DNA of 64,000 bases from Octopus vulgaris (Eukaryota). The position numbers were made by a program, and so were the translations under genes. The notes under the pieces were generated by a model. That model was not told the origin of the DNA. It saw only the letters and a program-made list of their open reading frames with translations, and did not search any database. The first letter of the stretch is position 1; each line of letters begins with the position of its first letter. Below, one piece after another: positions 14,305-29,018 of this stretch. Location of the stretch: positions 46,190,001-46,254,000 of the forward strand of contig OX597828.1 of NCBI GenBank assembly GCA_951406725.2, given 5' to 3'.

Positions 14305-14837
14305 TACATAGATATGAGAGAGCCGACAAGCTGCAGCAGATCTTCCTTTCACTAATACCATTTAAACTGTAATAGTCAAAAGTAGTTACACTAGGAGCGA
14401 CACAAGCAAACGTTACCGTGTATTACGATTGAACTAGAAAACAATATGGTTAGTGAGTACACTTAAAATCCACACACGTATATGTCTGCAACCCATTTTC
14501 TCGAAACAGATTAGAATTGCGTAATATATTATATGCTTATTGTATATCAGCCTTTCGTGAAGAACAGTCAATATGCTTGTATGCATGTCAATATATTATC
14601 TATTTTAGCCTCTCCACTTCACGGCTCTTTAATACTATGAATACACTCCCCTCATAAACTAAACAAACAAAATAGGTTTTGACAAAGAACGACTCAACAT
14701 AAACCTGGTTAGCAGACTTTTCATTGCAAACGAAAAGAAATATATGAATAGGTCAACCCCACAACAGATGCATGCACTCAAAGATCAACATAGAGAGACA
14801 GATATTCCGCCTACATATACGTGAACACACATACCAA

Positions 14838-14906
<69 letters not shown>

Positions 14907-14916
14907 ATATATATCG

Positions 14917-15268
14917 GTGAAGGCGCATGGTTCAGTGGCTAGGGCGTCGGGCTTACAATCATGGAGTAGTGAGTTCGATTCCCGTACCGTACCGAGCGTG
15001 TGTTTTTACTTCTTGAGCGAGACACTTTATTTCATGTTGCTCCAGTTCTCTCAGTTGTACAAATCAATAGCGATGTCACTGGTGCCAAGCTGCATCAATC
15101 TTTACCTTTTCTCTTGGATAACCTCAGTGGCGCGAAGAGGGGAGGCTGTTATGCATGAATGGACGACTGGTGGTCTTCTTTAAACAAATTTGTCCAGACT
15201 TGTGCCTTGGAGGGGAACTTCCTAGGTGTAATTCCATAGTCATTCGTCATCGAAGGGTGTCTTTACCT
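14917..15268 (+). mobile_element. SINE family D, diverged copy
   Basis: tRNA-like head GGCGCATGGTTCAGTGG..GAGTTCGATTCCC; colinear with the reverse complement of 62913-63257. Confidence 0.8.
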
Positions 15269-15569
15269 TTTTTTATATATGTACTTATATATATATATAT
15301 ATATATGTGTGTGTCTGTGTGTGGGTGTGGAGTGGCGTGGCTTAGTGTTTAAGCTATCGTATTCATGACTGTGGTTTCGATTCATGATCTGGGCGATGAT
15401 CCCTGTGCACGAGTAAAACACTTCGGTTCACTGAGAATGGCAAAAATTATGAATCCTACGACAGACCGAAACCACATCCAAGTGGGGATATGTATTCGAC
15501 AGACTTAAGAAAGCCAGTCTTATGAACCCCTTGTTTCTGAAAGGATCTTTAATATATATACACTACAAA

Positions 15570-15611
<42 letters not shown>

Positions 15612-15624
15612 CACATCTATCTAT

Positions 15625-15680
<56 letters not shown>

Positions 15681-15762
15681 ATATATATATATATATATAT
15701 ATACAGAGATAGACAGACAGACAGACAGATAGATAGACAGACAGATAGATAGATAGACAGAC

Positions 15763-15793
<31 letters not shown>

Positions 15794-15808
15794 CAGACAG
15801 ACAAACAT

Positions 15809-15859
<51 letters not shown>

Positions 15860-16868
15860 TATAGATACATAGATAGATAGATAAGGTAGACAGATAGATA
15901 GATTGATTGACTGATAGATACATAGGTGCGCATATATATACTAATGTAATTAACAAGTGGTCTACGCGTAAAGTCAGGAACGGACACACCCATACAAGAG
16001 TTTATGTATATAGGCTTAATCATAGGCACACATACTCACACATACGCACACACTCACGCACACACTCACGCACACACAAGCCGCTTTCTTCTCAGTTATT
16101 ATCGCTCCATGGATAGAATATGTTTTGTCATTTTAACAAACATTTAATTTTATTGAAAATTCATCAGAGAAAGAATAGGCATCTCCCCTCTACAGTTATG
16201 CTACTGGTTTATCGTTATTACCAATGTACATCAAGTAGAACTCTGCTAAACTAACCATTCAAATCGATTAGCGAGACATGCGCTGAGAGCAAAGATGGAT
16301 TAAATTGTTTATAATGTAAATACGCATTGCTTTTTGATAGTATAGAATGTAAAGCATACCTAACTTTAAGGCTCACTGTGGAAATCATGCAATGCTTTAT
16401 ATGACAGTAGCATAGAATTGCCAGGCTTTAATATTCGTTAATTTTTTTTTTATCTCGCCCTGTCTTCGAAAACAGAAATGTTTACATTTCGTTATTTATA
16501 ACGTATTTATACATACAATTTAACGTATTTATGCATACAATTTAACGTATGTGTACATACAATTAACTAGCAAGTATTTTTTTCCTTTGTACTGTATTAA
16601 CCAGTTCACCAGTGAAGTCAAACGTTGACACATATTTCACTTTTTTTTTCTAAAATTTCTTTGTTAAGAAAAGTCACAGATAATTAAATAGAAAATTATT
16701 TGTATTCAGATACGATTTTATATTTTACAAGGCGTGAAATTTTAGAAACAATCAATATAATTGTTTGCCAACCACACGTTTTGTCTGAGTGTTCACCTCT
16801 TCCTTTCTACCTCTCTTTCTATCTCTCTTTGTCTTCCTCTCTCTCTCTGTCTGCCACTCTCTCTCTGT

Positions 16869-16914
<46 letters not shown>

Positions 16915-17623
16915 CACAGACGTGTGTGCGTCTGTGTTTATTACTCAACATTGTTTGACAACCGGCATTGGTTTGTTTATGTCTCCGTAACTTAGCGCTT
17001 CTCTAAAAGAGACCGATACAAAATATACAAAGCTTATAGATGAATCTTGCGGTCCACCTGTTTGACTAAAAGCTTCCAAGGTGGTGCACCAGCATGGCCG
17101 TAGTCAAATGACGGGAACAAATAAGATGTTTGTTGTCCTGTTCTCATCACTTATTTGGCCATCGCTTGTCTTACAGACTATTATGAAACGCGTTTTCAGT
17201 TTTGGACCAACGAGTGTTTTATATTTACGCATTGTATAACTCCCTCCATTTGTTTTTAAAATACTTTAACTGAGGGAAACACGGTTGTCATTTCCAGCAT
17301 ATCAAGAGAATATACTCAAATCGCAACTTCGATACACCCTCAGCTGTTCTGCTGCATAAATTGTTTTGTATGAGTTTAAAGGAATAGAACACAAATCAAT
17401 TTCTATGATAAGCCACCCATAATTGGATACAACTCACCCAACAAGAACTCACTACTTGAACAAAACTTGACTTAAACAGGATTCGAATAATCTTATCAGG
17501 TGGTGCTATTAAGTTAGACATGGCCTGGACCAATCTTTGGTCGAAACATATCTAAGTTTATCTGAGTTTAAGTTTATGTGGTTTCCTCCTCAAGATTTCA
17601 TCCAGATCAAGGGCAATATAATT

Positions 17624-17875
17624 TTGGGTTGGTGCATAATCATTGCGGCTTTTTTTCCAACAAATTTTATTTCAACAAAAACAATAAAAAAATTTAACAA
17701 AAACATCTTTAAACGACGGCCTGACCGTCAGCCAGGTAAATGGGAAGCAGTAATCGAAGTAGATAGTAAATATGCTCCGAAATAATCATTTAAAGATGTT
17801 TTTGTTATATGTTGTTATTGTTTTTGTTGAATAAAATTTGACAAAAAGCCGCAATAATTATGCACCAACCTAATA
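17624..17875. mobile_element. mariner-derived MITE with ~85-bp imperfect inverted arms
   Basis: Ends TTGGGTTGGTGCATAATCATTGCGGC / GCCGCAATAATTATGCACCAACCTAATA; centre translates GKWEAVIEVDSKYAPK*, like a mariner transposase C-terminus. Confidence 0.85.
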
Positions 17876-18149
17876 GGAGCACTCCTTCGGTTGCGACGAC
17901 GAGGGTCCCAGATGATACGATCAACGGAACAGCTTGCTCGTGAAATTAACGTGCAAGTGGCTGAGCACTCCACAGACAGACATGTGTGTCCTTTGAAATA
18001 CAGGTACTACTCATTTTTGCCAGCTGAGTGGACTGGAGCAACGTGAAATAGAGTGTCTTGCTCAAGGACACAACGCGCCGCCGGGAATTGAACTCACGGC
18101 CTTACGATCATGAACCGAATGCCTAACCACTAAGCCACACGCATTCACA
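17876..18149 (-). mobile_element. chimeric SINE: family D head plus family C tail
   Basis: 18010-18149 resembles 63112-63257; 17876-18005 resembles 37861-38045 with an internal deletion. Confidence 0.75.
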
Positions 18150-18174
18150 CATATACACACAGACACACACACAC

Positions 18175-18240
<66 letters not shown>

Positions 18241-18241
<1 letters not shown>

Positions 18242-18435
18242 GCATTGCTTGACAACCGATGCTGGGGTGTTTACGTCCCCGTCACTTAGCGGTTCGGCAA
18301 AAGAGACCGATCGAATAAGTACTGGGCTTACAAAAGAATAAGTACCGGGGTCGATTAGCTCGACTAAAGGCGGTGCTCCAGCATGGCCGCAGTCAAATGA
18401 CTGAAACAAGTAAAAGAATAAAAGAAAAGAAAGAA
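18241..18435 (+). mobile_element. SINE family B 3' half
   Basis: Near-identical to 41536-41728. Confidence 0.9.
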
Positions 18436-18440
18436 TATAT

Positions 18441-18632
18441 AGTTGGAATTTACAGGAAAAGACGAAGACAGGTGTATGAACAAGAAGCAGGTATTTTATT
18501 AGTTTAACGCCCGGGAAAGTGAGAAAGTCTTTTACGTTTCAAGATTACGCTCTTCAACAGAAGGAATAAGAGACAATAAACAGAGAGGGAATAGAAAAAA
18601 AACTTGCAGTTTTAGCAGTCAAGCATGGTGAT
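18441..18632 (-). mobile_element. diverged relative of the ~200-bp hammerhead-bearing element, degenerate core at 18529-18564
   Basis: Minus strand CTGTTGAA-gagcgtaatctt-GAAACGTA; flanks resemble 29501-29711. Confidence 0.55.
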
Positions 18633-18672
18633 GTGTATACACACACACACAAACACACAAACACACACAACA

Positions 18673-18817
<145 letters not shown>

Positions 18818-18889
18818 TACATAGATACAGAAATATATGTATTTTCTATATATCTAAGTATATATGTATGCATATAGGCGTCGATGTGT

Positions 18890-19282
18890 AGGCGCTGGAG
18901 TGGTTGTGTGGTAAGAAGTTTGGTTCCCAACCATATAGTTCCGAGTTCAGTTACACAGCGTGACACGTTAGGTACGTGTCTTCTACTATAGCCTCGGACC
19001 AACAGAAGCCTTGAGAGTGGATTTGGTAGACGGAAACTAAAAGAAACACCTCGTATATATATATGTGTGTGTGTATGTATGTGCATATGTGTGTGTTTGT
19101 GTGTATGTGTGATATATCTGTGTTTATCCCCAACCGCCTGACAAATGTTGGTGGTGTGTTTAAAGGGACCGACAGAATATTTAGAGGGCATAAAAAATTC
19201 CTGGGGTCGATTGATTCGAGTAAAATGCTCAACAGTGTGGTACCCCAGCATGTCTGCAACTTAACGACTGAAACAAGTAAAA
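18890..19282 (+). mobile_element. SINE family B, diverged
   Basis: Colinear with 3985-4440, with deletions. Confidence 0.8.
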
Positions 19283-20050
19283 GCACCACAACTACCACCC
19301 AAACCACCACCACAACTACCACCCCAACATCACAATTACCATCCCACAACCACCGCCGTTGCCACCTCCACCACTACCATCACCATTACCGCCATCATCA
19401 TCACCACCACCAACGACACCACCATTACCACGATGACTACCGCCATCACAACCACCATCACCACCACACTCACCACCACACTCACCACCACCACAACCAA
19501 CACCACCACCACTTTCGTTTTCAGTACTGTTTGGAACTACAAACACAAACACCTCTACTGGCATCACCATATTGCCACCACTAACTACAACCATCACTAC
19601 CACAAGAGCAACCTCCAATACCACGACCAGTACAACCACAATTTCTACAAAACCCATAGCCACGACCACCACTGCTCCCATCGCCAAAATTGACACCACA
19701 ACTATTACTAATACTACCACCACCACCACCACCATGTCCATCGCCAGCGCCACAACATCCACCACAACCTCCGTAACCACAATAACCACCAGAAACACAA
19801 TCTCAACCGCGACCGCAACCACACTCATCGCCACCACCACCACCACCGCTACCCTAATCATCCTTAACACCCCAATCATCATCATTATCGTCATCGTCAT
19901 CACCATCTGATGTCGCCAATACCCCCTTCACACACACACACACACACCACAAATACCACCACCACCACCAGTCTATACTATTGCCCACAACCACCCCAAC
20001 TACAACCGCAACTATCACCACCACCACCACCACCACCACCACCACCACCA
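19283..20050. repeat. degenerate (CAC)n low-complexity tract
   Basis: Direct reading; source of the spurious Thr/His/Pro-rich ORFs. Confidence 0.9.
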
Positions 20051-20550
20051 CAAAAAACACCATCACCGTCCCCTCCTCTCCCATTCGTCCCTCTCCACGT
20101 CCCACCCGCACCATACCTACCACTTACCCACCCTATTATTCCTGCCATGCTATCCGCTAACCTACATACCTACATATTTGGTCTGAATAACTGTCTCTTT
20201 CTTTCTTTGACGCTCTCTTTCTCTCTCTCGCTCTCTCTCTCTTTCCCCTCCCTCCACCTCTCTCTCTCACCTCCTCCATCACCGTTCACATCTCAGGTAA
20301 ATAAGCTTACCTGACTGAACCTAAAACAATTCGAATCATATGCTGTTGCCACTCTATTGCTCCATCTCCTCTGACTTCTTCCCCTTCCCCTTCCCCTCCA
20401 TACACTTTGCCCTATCTAACAACAAACCTTATCTCCCCGCGTGGCCCCCAAACCCCCTGGCTACTCTAGATTTACCTAATTACCACAAACCTCTACCACT
20501 TTTCATACCTGAAACCCCTAGCAGTGTTCCCCTTACCTACTTTTCTATCC

Positions 20551-20644
<94 letters not shown>

Positions 20645-21825
20645 GCGTCTGTCAATCGTTCCTCTCTGTCTGTATGTATGTCTGTCTGTCTCTCTCCCCA
20701 CCTCTCTCTCTCTCTCTCTATCTATCTATCCTTTCCCACTGTCTATCTGTATATTAGTCTCTGTATACATACATAGATACATACTCATGGACATACATGC
20801 ATACAAACATACACATTACATATGTACACACACATATAAATATGTGTTGATGTATATACACAATATACACATGTACACATACACAGTTACATCTTTACAA
20901 TGTAGGTTACGCACACACACACACACTCACACGCACAAAAGAAAATTATTGACAGTGACTTCGAAGTTTTGGTCAGTTAAGTCATCGTCAGACTGAACAA
21001 AACTTCGTAGATACCATGAATGGTTTTCTTGTTTAAGAATAATGAATTTATACTCTATTTAGGTATAGAGTAATACGTCAGATCAATATAAAGGTATTTT
21101 CATCATAACTGAACATAAAAACAAAATATATAATATATATATATTTGTTTTAAAACATACATTACAATATAAATCGTTGCTACTACGCAAAAGTGTCGTA
21201 AGTTCAAAACGTTATTCTTTCAGAAAACGAAAACGTTGTTTCACCATTCGATAGCAAAACCGTTGTACTACACTTCGATAATTTTTGATACCTTGGTATC
21301 TGAAGCAGCTGGAGATACGATAGTTTGACCGAAAGAAACGGTTATTGCAAGCAAAAATAAATATTGCGAAAACACGCCTTTGGCCAAATTTGGACATACG
21401 ACAGTTTAACATAACTGTAACGTTCCCCTTCATCATATACGTGGTAATCACATTCTGTTAAAATGGCTTATTGATGTGTTTTGTTTCTTTTTTTTCCTTG
21501 ACGAGATGATTGCATTGTTTTACATCATATTTATTCCCTCCGGAATAATCTAAATGCTTTCTTCGAAACATATGTTGGAAGTATAAATGATTTGAATAAC
21601 ACCTGCTTTTGACTCCATTTCTAAATTCATCTTTGTTATACAAAAACATTTCACTTAATCCCGGAATTTCTATCTTTATAAGTGGGCTGTAATGACCTTG
21701 ACACTAATGTGAATTTTTGGTACCCTGGTACCTGTTTATTTTTTCCGTATTATTTGTAGACATTGAAAAAATACACATACATTCATATATATATATATAT
21801 ATATATATAAGCATACGTATGTATG

Positions 21826-21897
<72 letters not shown>

Positions 21898-21926
21898 CAT
21901 TCACATTATATATATATATATGTATG

Positions 21927-21986
<60 letters not shown>

Positions 21987-22584
21987 CAAATGTGTATATA
22001 TTTATATATATATATATATGAATAAATGAAAAGAATGGTGTGGTGATATGCGATTTTAATGACGATGGTAACGTTGGCTTTGGAACTGTTGCCATTGTTG
22101 TTGTTCTTCTTCTTGCTATTGTTGTTGTTTTTTGTTGTCATTCTTTAAATCCCACAGAAATTATTATTATTAACCCAGACCAGTTCTCAAAGCTGCTCTC
22201 CAGTCCCTCGCGTCGGTTTCTTTTCCTGGTCATCGTAGCGCACCATCAAGGACCAGCATTGTTGAGTGTATCTTTGAATTTAAAAGACAGTAAGGGTGTT
22301 GAGATTTGAAGGGGAGGGCAGACATTCAATCACTATTTCCAGCAGGTCGAGTGATCCCACAGAGGTCCATAAATTGTCCCATAGTTTGAAATGAGCGATG
22401 AAGGAATATTGGTGGTGGTAGTGGTGGTGCTGGTGGTGCTGGTGGTGTTGAAATTGGTGTTACTGACACATATTGCGGCACATATTGGTTGTTGTCGTTG
22501 TTGTTGTTATAGTAATTACTGCTGCTATTGTTGTTGCTGTTGTTGTTGTTGTTCAGCCTCATGTTAACGTTGAACGAAACTATT

Positions 22585-23056
22585 ACTCTTTTACTCACTT
22601 TACTATTTTACTTGTTTCAGTCATTTGAGTGTGACCATGCTGGAGCACCGTCTTTAGTCGAATCAAATCGACCCCAGGACTTATTCTTTGTAAGGCTAGT
22701 ACTTATTCTATCGGGCTCCTGTGCCGAATCGCTAGGTGACGTGGACCTAAACACACCAGCATCGGCTGTCAAGCGATGTTGGGGTGACAAACACAGATAC
22801 ACAACGTATACACACACATATATACATATATATATATATATATATACATACATACATACATACTTACGTATATATATATATATACATATATACGACGGGC
22901 TTCTTTCAGTTTCCGTCTACCAATTCCACTCACAATGTTTTGGTCGGCCTGAGGGTATAGCAGAAGACACTTGCCCAAGGTGCCACGCAGTGGGACTGAA
23001 CGCGGAACCATTTGGCTGGTAAGCAAGCTACTCACCACACAGCCACTCCTGCGCCT
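22585..23056 (-). mobile_element. SINE family B, full length
   Basis: Reverse-complement homology to 41312-41728. Confidence 0.9.
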
Positions 23057-23745
23057 ATTGTCAAAAATATTTCAGTTGTGAACATCTCGTATTCTAAATG
23101 GCAAGCACTATCCATCGAAAAATCTGCAGTGACTTCTTTAATAAATATGGATTGTGATTTAAAGTATATTTAGCTGCTGTTTCTCGCAAATTCTGTGGTC
23201 ACATACAGTGGCCGAATTCATGTGGTTGTAGTTGGTTTATAGGTTAGATTGTTTACCTTTTGTGTGTGTGTGTTGTTGTTAAATTAGGTCAGAGATAATA
23301 GTCTGGAATGAAAGGCTACGCAACCTACACTTATATATCACAGTTTAGGTGAGAGAGGGGTGCGGACGTGTGTGTGTATGTGTGTGTGTGTGTGTATCTG
23401 TGGTATTATGTGTGCGTGTGTATGTGTGTTTGGCTACCTGTGTACGAGAGCATATTGGTAGTCACACGCAAACACCCACACCCACACACACAATGTCTGT
23501 ACGCATCTATGAATATACGCACGTATGTATATACGCATGTATGTATGTGCATTATACACATACACACACACACCTGACTCTGTTTGTGTGTATGCGTGTA
23601 TGTTTGTGTCTGTGCGTGGGCGTGCGCACACATAAGCACAAAATACTATTTGGAAAAAATTCACTATTCATCTTAACTGTCCGACGAACGGAAAACACTG
23701 AGCAGCAGTTTTGCGCATATTTTGCAGCTTATATAATAAAGTATG

Positions 23746-23799
<54 letters not shown>

Positions 23800-23802
<3 letters not shown>

Positions 23803-24241
23803 GAGCAAATCGATCCCCCACCACGTCCAATGGACGATGCTGAGTTGTCATACGTTTAAACCAAATTTTCCATAGACTTCCCCTTTGAGAAACACTGATT
23901 GAACCTAAATTTGAGACACCAGCATAAGAAGAAATAAAGATAGACTTTGTTTTCTATTCCAAAGAAAAACGATTTTATTCACACTAATATGCAACCGAAG
24001 ACTTTAAAAGTACCAGTAAGTATATCGCAATAGCTGATTTACTTGCGCGTACAAATGCACGTTCCCACGTCTTTATCGATCGCATTCTTACTTGGAATTG
24101 ATTTTTGTAATTTTTTCCAGACTTATACACGCCCTGATACCGTCGGTACCTACATATCAAATTAGAGCGCAATCGGATGGAGGTTGACCTTGATCCTCGA
24201 AGACGCACACACAGGCAGAACGGATTTTATATAATATATGA
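23800..24241 (-). mobile_element. possible non-autonomous Helitron-like element
   Basis: Minus-strand start aTCATATATTATATAAAATCCGTTCTGCCTGTGTG resembles the 5' end of 57183-57578; 3' hairpin/CTAG not clear. Confidence 0.4.
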
Positions 24242-24247
24242 TATATT

Positions 24248-24457
24248 CTCTTTTACTCTTTTACTTGTTTCACTCATTTGACTGCGGCCATGCTGGAGCA
24301 CCGCATTTAGTCGAGGAAATCGACCCCGGGACTTATTCTTTGTAAGCCCAGTACTTATTCTATGCCGAACCGCTAACTGACGGGGACGTAAACACACCAG
24401 CATCGGTTGTCAAGCAATGCTAGGGGGACAAACACATACACACAAACACACACACAT

Positions 24458-24526
<69 letters not shown>

Positions 24527-24682
24527 TACGACATGTTTCTTTCAGTCTACCAAATCCACTCACAAGGCATTGGTCGGCCCGGGGGTATAGCAGAAGACAC
24601 TTGCCCAAGATGCCACGCAGTGGGACTGAACCCGGAAACATGTGGTTGGTTAGCAAGCTACTTACCACACAGCCACTCCTGC

Positions 24683-24685
<3 letters not shown>
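24248..24685 (-). mobile_element. SINE family B, full length with small deletions
   Basis: Reverse-complement homology to 41312-41728. Confidence 0.9.
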
Positions 24686-24734
<49 letters not shown>

Positions 24735-24885
24735 AGTGACCACAGCTTAGCTGACCTGATATAAACCCAACAATCACAAAATTCACCAAAATTATGCGAA
24801 CAGACACCAACCAAAAATCATTACTGTTGCTCCCATTGGAACACAAGGTAAAATCTAAAATTAACTCGCCTTTTCAAGAACATGA

Positions 24886-25120
24886 TTTTTTTATATTTGA
24901 CTCTATTGAATGTATGTCACAATTATGAACTACTACATCATACTCTTTAAACATATAGCATGGACTCCCTTTATTATATATGAATTTTTTATATTTGACT
25001 CTATTGAATATTATATATGAATTTTTTAATATTTGACTCCATTGAATATATGTCACAATTATGAACCATTACATCATACTCTTTAAACATATAGCATGAA
25101 CTCCCTTTATTATATATATA
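24886..25120. repeat. local tandem duplication of a ~97-bp AT-rich unit with an intervening partial copy
   Basis: ATATTTGACTC(T/C)ATTGAAT occurs three times; ..CATCATACTCTTTAAACATATAGCATG..CTCCCTTTATTATATAT occurs twice. Confidence 0.9.
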
Positions 25121-25212
25121 TTTTTTTTATAAGGTTCGTCATTTCAAGAACCGAAACATGTTAAAAATTAAAATTTGTCTAATATAGCAGCATTTTCAAA
25201 CTTCATTTTTTA

Positions 25213-25300
<88 letters not shown>

Positions 25301-25304
25301 TTAT

Positions 25305-25662
25305 ATACATAGGAATAGGGATGTATTTCTCGCATTCTCTGTATCTAACTAACCTAACCCAGAAACGCGTCCACAAGCAATCAAATGGAGAACATTCGTT
25401 ATTTTTCCCTCTATGCCTACGTGAATTGTTTTTGAGTATACATTGTCTGGGAGATTCTCTTTATTGTAGAAGAAATACCTAAATTCTTTGGCTGCTATTT
25501 CTAAAAGTTCGGTATGTGGCAAACCAAAGTTTTTTGCTGAACCCTAATTATATAAAGTAACGTTTAAGTTTACCGTAAATGATCCTTTTAACGTACTGAA
25601 TACTGCTTGGTAAAATTAGTAATTACTAATTAATTAATTAAATTTCCCCTTTATTATTATTG

Positions 25663-25665
<3 letters not shown>
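25305..25665 (+). mobile_element. 5'-truncated Penelope pLTR-like element retaining only the 3' half of a hammerhead (GAAACGCGTC at 25362)
   Basis: 25445-25553 aligns with 43508-43613 (CTGCTATTTCTAAA..TTCGGTATGTGG..TTGCTGAACCCTAATTATATA); bounded by microsatellites. Confidence 0.65.
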
Positions 25666-25724
<59 letters not shown>

Positions 25725-25783
25725 ACAGAATGAGATCAAAATCCGAGGCTTTGAAAGATTTCTGAACATTTATAAAGAGAAGT

Positions 25784-25829
25784 TCTTACAGCTGTTTCCG
25801 GTATATTTTATATATCCCTTCATCGGAGA
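25784..25829 (-). ncRNA. type I hammerhead ribozyme motif (CCGAUGA core variant)
   Basis: Minus strand tct-CCGATGAA-gggatatataaaatataccg-GAAAC-agct-GTA-aga; ~60 nt from a (TA)n tract. Confidence 0.65.
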
Positions 25830-26257
25830 CGATGCGAGAAAAAGGTTAACCAATAGTTATTCTAGAGAAGATATGAAATAGAGAGTGAAGTAGAGGAATG
25901 AAAACAGACGTGAGATATGCAGGGATATTGTATCTGCATTTCCATTATTTAAGCAGAATGGTATACATATAAGTTTCCTGTGCGTTGTGTGTAAGTTCCG
26001 TAAGTATTTAAAATTGGTCATTCCAAGCGTAGAGTTTGTACACGGTGTTATTGGATCAAGGGTGTTTTCCGATCCAATAACACCGTGTACAAACTCTTGA
26101 GGTTAGAAAGGTGCATTTTTAACAGCTGTCTCATGACATAAAATTCATTTTGGAAACACGGACTTCTCGGTTAGAGATTAGAGAAGGGAAAAAACTGTAC
26201 GCGGACCCAGTTGATCCTCTTCTGCCAAGGCAGATAATTTATATTATCGTACTACCG

Positions 26258-26576
26258 TGTCGGTGGCACGTAAAAAGCACCATCCGAAGCCAGTGCCGCC
26301 TCGACTGGCTTCCGTGCAGGTGGCACGTAAAATGCACCAATCCGACCGTGGCCGATGCCAGCCTCGCCTGGCACCAGTGCAGGTAGCACGTAAAAAGCAC
26401 CCACTACACTCACGGAGTGGTTGGCGTTAGGAAGGGCATCCAGCTGTAGAAACATTGCCAGATAAGACCGAAGCCTGGTGCAGCCTTCTGGCTTCCCAGA
26501 ACCCCGGTCGAACCGTCCAACCCATGCTAGCATGGAGAACGGACGTTAAACGATGATGATGATGATGATGATGATG
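26258..26576 (+). mobile_element. 3' part of a SINE/RTE-like retroposon with three ~60-bp internal repeats and a (GAT)n tail
   Basis: GGT(G/A)GCACGTAAAA occurs three times; GGTTGGCGTTAGGAAGGGCATCCAGCTGTA; ends GGACGTTAAAC(GAT)n. Confidence 0.75.
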
Positions 26577-27492
26577 TACTACATATTATATACGTTTTGT
26601 AGAATGATATATTAAGGGTCTTATATGAGTACTACTGGATTATTTGAATTCATATATGGTGAACTGAATTAACACACGCACATACACAGACCTACCCACA
26701 CATACAAAAATATACACACTCACACACACCCATACACACACCCCGCACACATAAAAACATACATACACATACACACTCACACACACCCATACACACACCC
26801 CGCACATATAAAAACATACATACACATACACACACACACATATATCCATATGTATGTATGTTTAGACACACAATATATGATAACCGTTTTCTCATTCAAG
26901 ACCCTATGATAGTTTGGTTTTTGCTTTCCTATCTCACAGATACTCCGAGAGTCTTTAGGTCACCAAGCAAGCAGTTTGATGTTTAGTCATCGCTGACCTC
27001 AGTAAGGGCAGATTTTACAGACACATTATTACTAATAAAATGTCTACGGTTATCACACGATTGACCTAATAGCATATATATACACACACTCACATATAAA
27101 GGTATATATAGACACACACACAAACACACACACATGTATGCAAACCTTTCTATTACGGTTCGTTTGGAAAAAATGGTTCTTGCTTTATATCTTGTTTAAC
27201 CTTTAATTCCAAGTGGGTGGGCTCAGCAAGTTCTTCGATATTTGGTTGCATTATATTCATCTTTCATAATAATCCTCTCACTGTATCAGTTGAGTAAATT
27301 GTTTTACGTAAACACTACGCAAACTTATTTAAATATTATATACACTTGTTCATATTCATGTAAATGTAATCTATGCGGGTTCAGTGCGGGCAATTTATGT
27401 TAAAAGAATACATCAGATTAACGTAAAAAGTATCTGTAATATATACGTCGAACAAACGTAATATTATGTACTTGAGAACCTGTGAACTGCAT

Positions 27493-27565
<73 letters not shown>

Positions 27566-27592
27566 GTCATATATATAAATGAGTATATGTAT

Positions 27593-27658
<66 letters not shown>

Positions 27659-27713
27659 TTTATACATATACATATAAATGCATATATATATATGTATATA
27701 TATATATATGTAT

Positions 27714-27782
<69 letters not shown>

Positions 27783-27943
27783 AAGAAAGAAAGAAATAGA
27801 TAGATAGATACATGGAAATATTTACATGTGTGTGTGTATGTATGTGTGTGTAATGTATTTTTGTGTGAATCTGTGTTTGCATATATGTGCGCACGTTTGC
27901 ATACCTAAATATAAGAGATACATGTTTACATATGCATACACAC

Positions 27944-28060
<117 letters not shown>

Positions 28061-28409
28061 GTACATTTGCCATCTCAATATGGCTAACCACATAGGTTGG
28101 ATGTTACTGTAGTTTGTAGCCCCAGAAGAACATCTTCTCCAGCTGGCTATTGACACACTTTCTGTGTCCTATCGGCATTTGCAAAGGGAGGTCATCCTTC
28201 CCTCGTCAACCCAAGTGTTACGCACGGACTGCAGTTTCTGGGTTATTGACCCGTCATAAGCGCAGGACTGTCTATATGTAATTCAGAGATTTATTGTTGC
28301 TTGTATACACTTTTTCAAGATCAGTGACGAAAAGTCAATGGAAAATGGATATAAATATTTGCATTGGGACTTCTTTCATCGAAAACCGGTGATTGTGTTG
28401 AATGATGAA

Positions 28410-28690
28410 AATTTTTTGAAAATTTTGCGTAGGGCCTCTGAGCAGAATCGCCAAGATTTTGGCAAAATTTGATGCAGATTCTCTGCTCATTTTACTCTGT
28501 CATGGTTATTGCTACGATCACAAGCTACACACCTTCCTTCCAAGTACAGCTGTAAACAACGGAAGTGAGCTGCTAAGTTAAAACATAGTGTGCATGCACA
28601 ACAGTTTCAGTTCAATATGTGCCAAGCGGCTTTACTCTGCGTGCTTTAGCTTCCTTTTTATGATAACAGTCCGGATACTTATTGATCATA

Positions 28691-28693
<3 letters not shown>
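28410..28693 (-). mobile_element. mariner 5' end fragment
   Basis: Minus strand TIR-like GGTATGATCAATAAGTATCCGGAC, then EQRICIKFCQNLGDSA (mariner N-terminal HTH start). Confidence 0.75.
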
Positions 28694-28745
<52 letters not shown>

Positions 28746-28757
28746 CACGTGGTCTCA

Positions 28758-28800
<43 letters not shown>

Positions 28801-28803
<3 letters not shown>

Positions 28804-28935
28804 GGTCCCGGGTTGATTCGGGGTTAACCACAGTAAGTAAGGTACTCAATACATAGCAGAGTAAAATTAATTTATTCCTGAAGATTTCTCTTGAATGAAA
28901 CAGTACTAGTCCTGTAGAAGCTCCTTCTATATAAT

Positions 28936-28938
<3 letters not shown>
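28801..28938. mobile_element. (TA)n-embedded inverted pLTR-like fragment with a hammerhead-like core at 28878-28911 (+)
   Basis: CTGAAGA-tttctcttgaat-GAAAC-agtacta-GTC; same family as 44965-45110 and 12077-12146. Confidence 0.65.

Positions 28939-29016
<78 letters not shown>

Positions 29017-29018
<2 letters not shown>

Noticed and set aside
16501-16566. 22-bp x3 tandem repeat (also 20-bp x3 at 35246-35310)
   Set aside because: Ordinary local slippage minisatellites with no spacers or further structure
19063-20314. Mucin-like Thr-rich and Pro-rich ORFs
   Set aside because: Degenerate (CAC)n tract, open in multiple frames, with no splice or domain support
20950-22400. Non-repetitive stretch as possible host-gene exons
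   Set aside because: Short ORFs with no recognisable motif and no consistent splice-site pair; cannot be supported without RNA-seq
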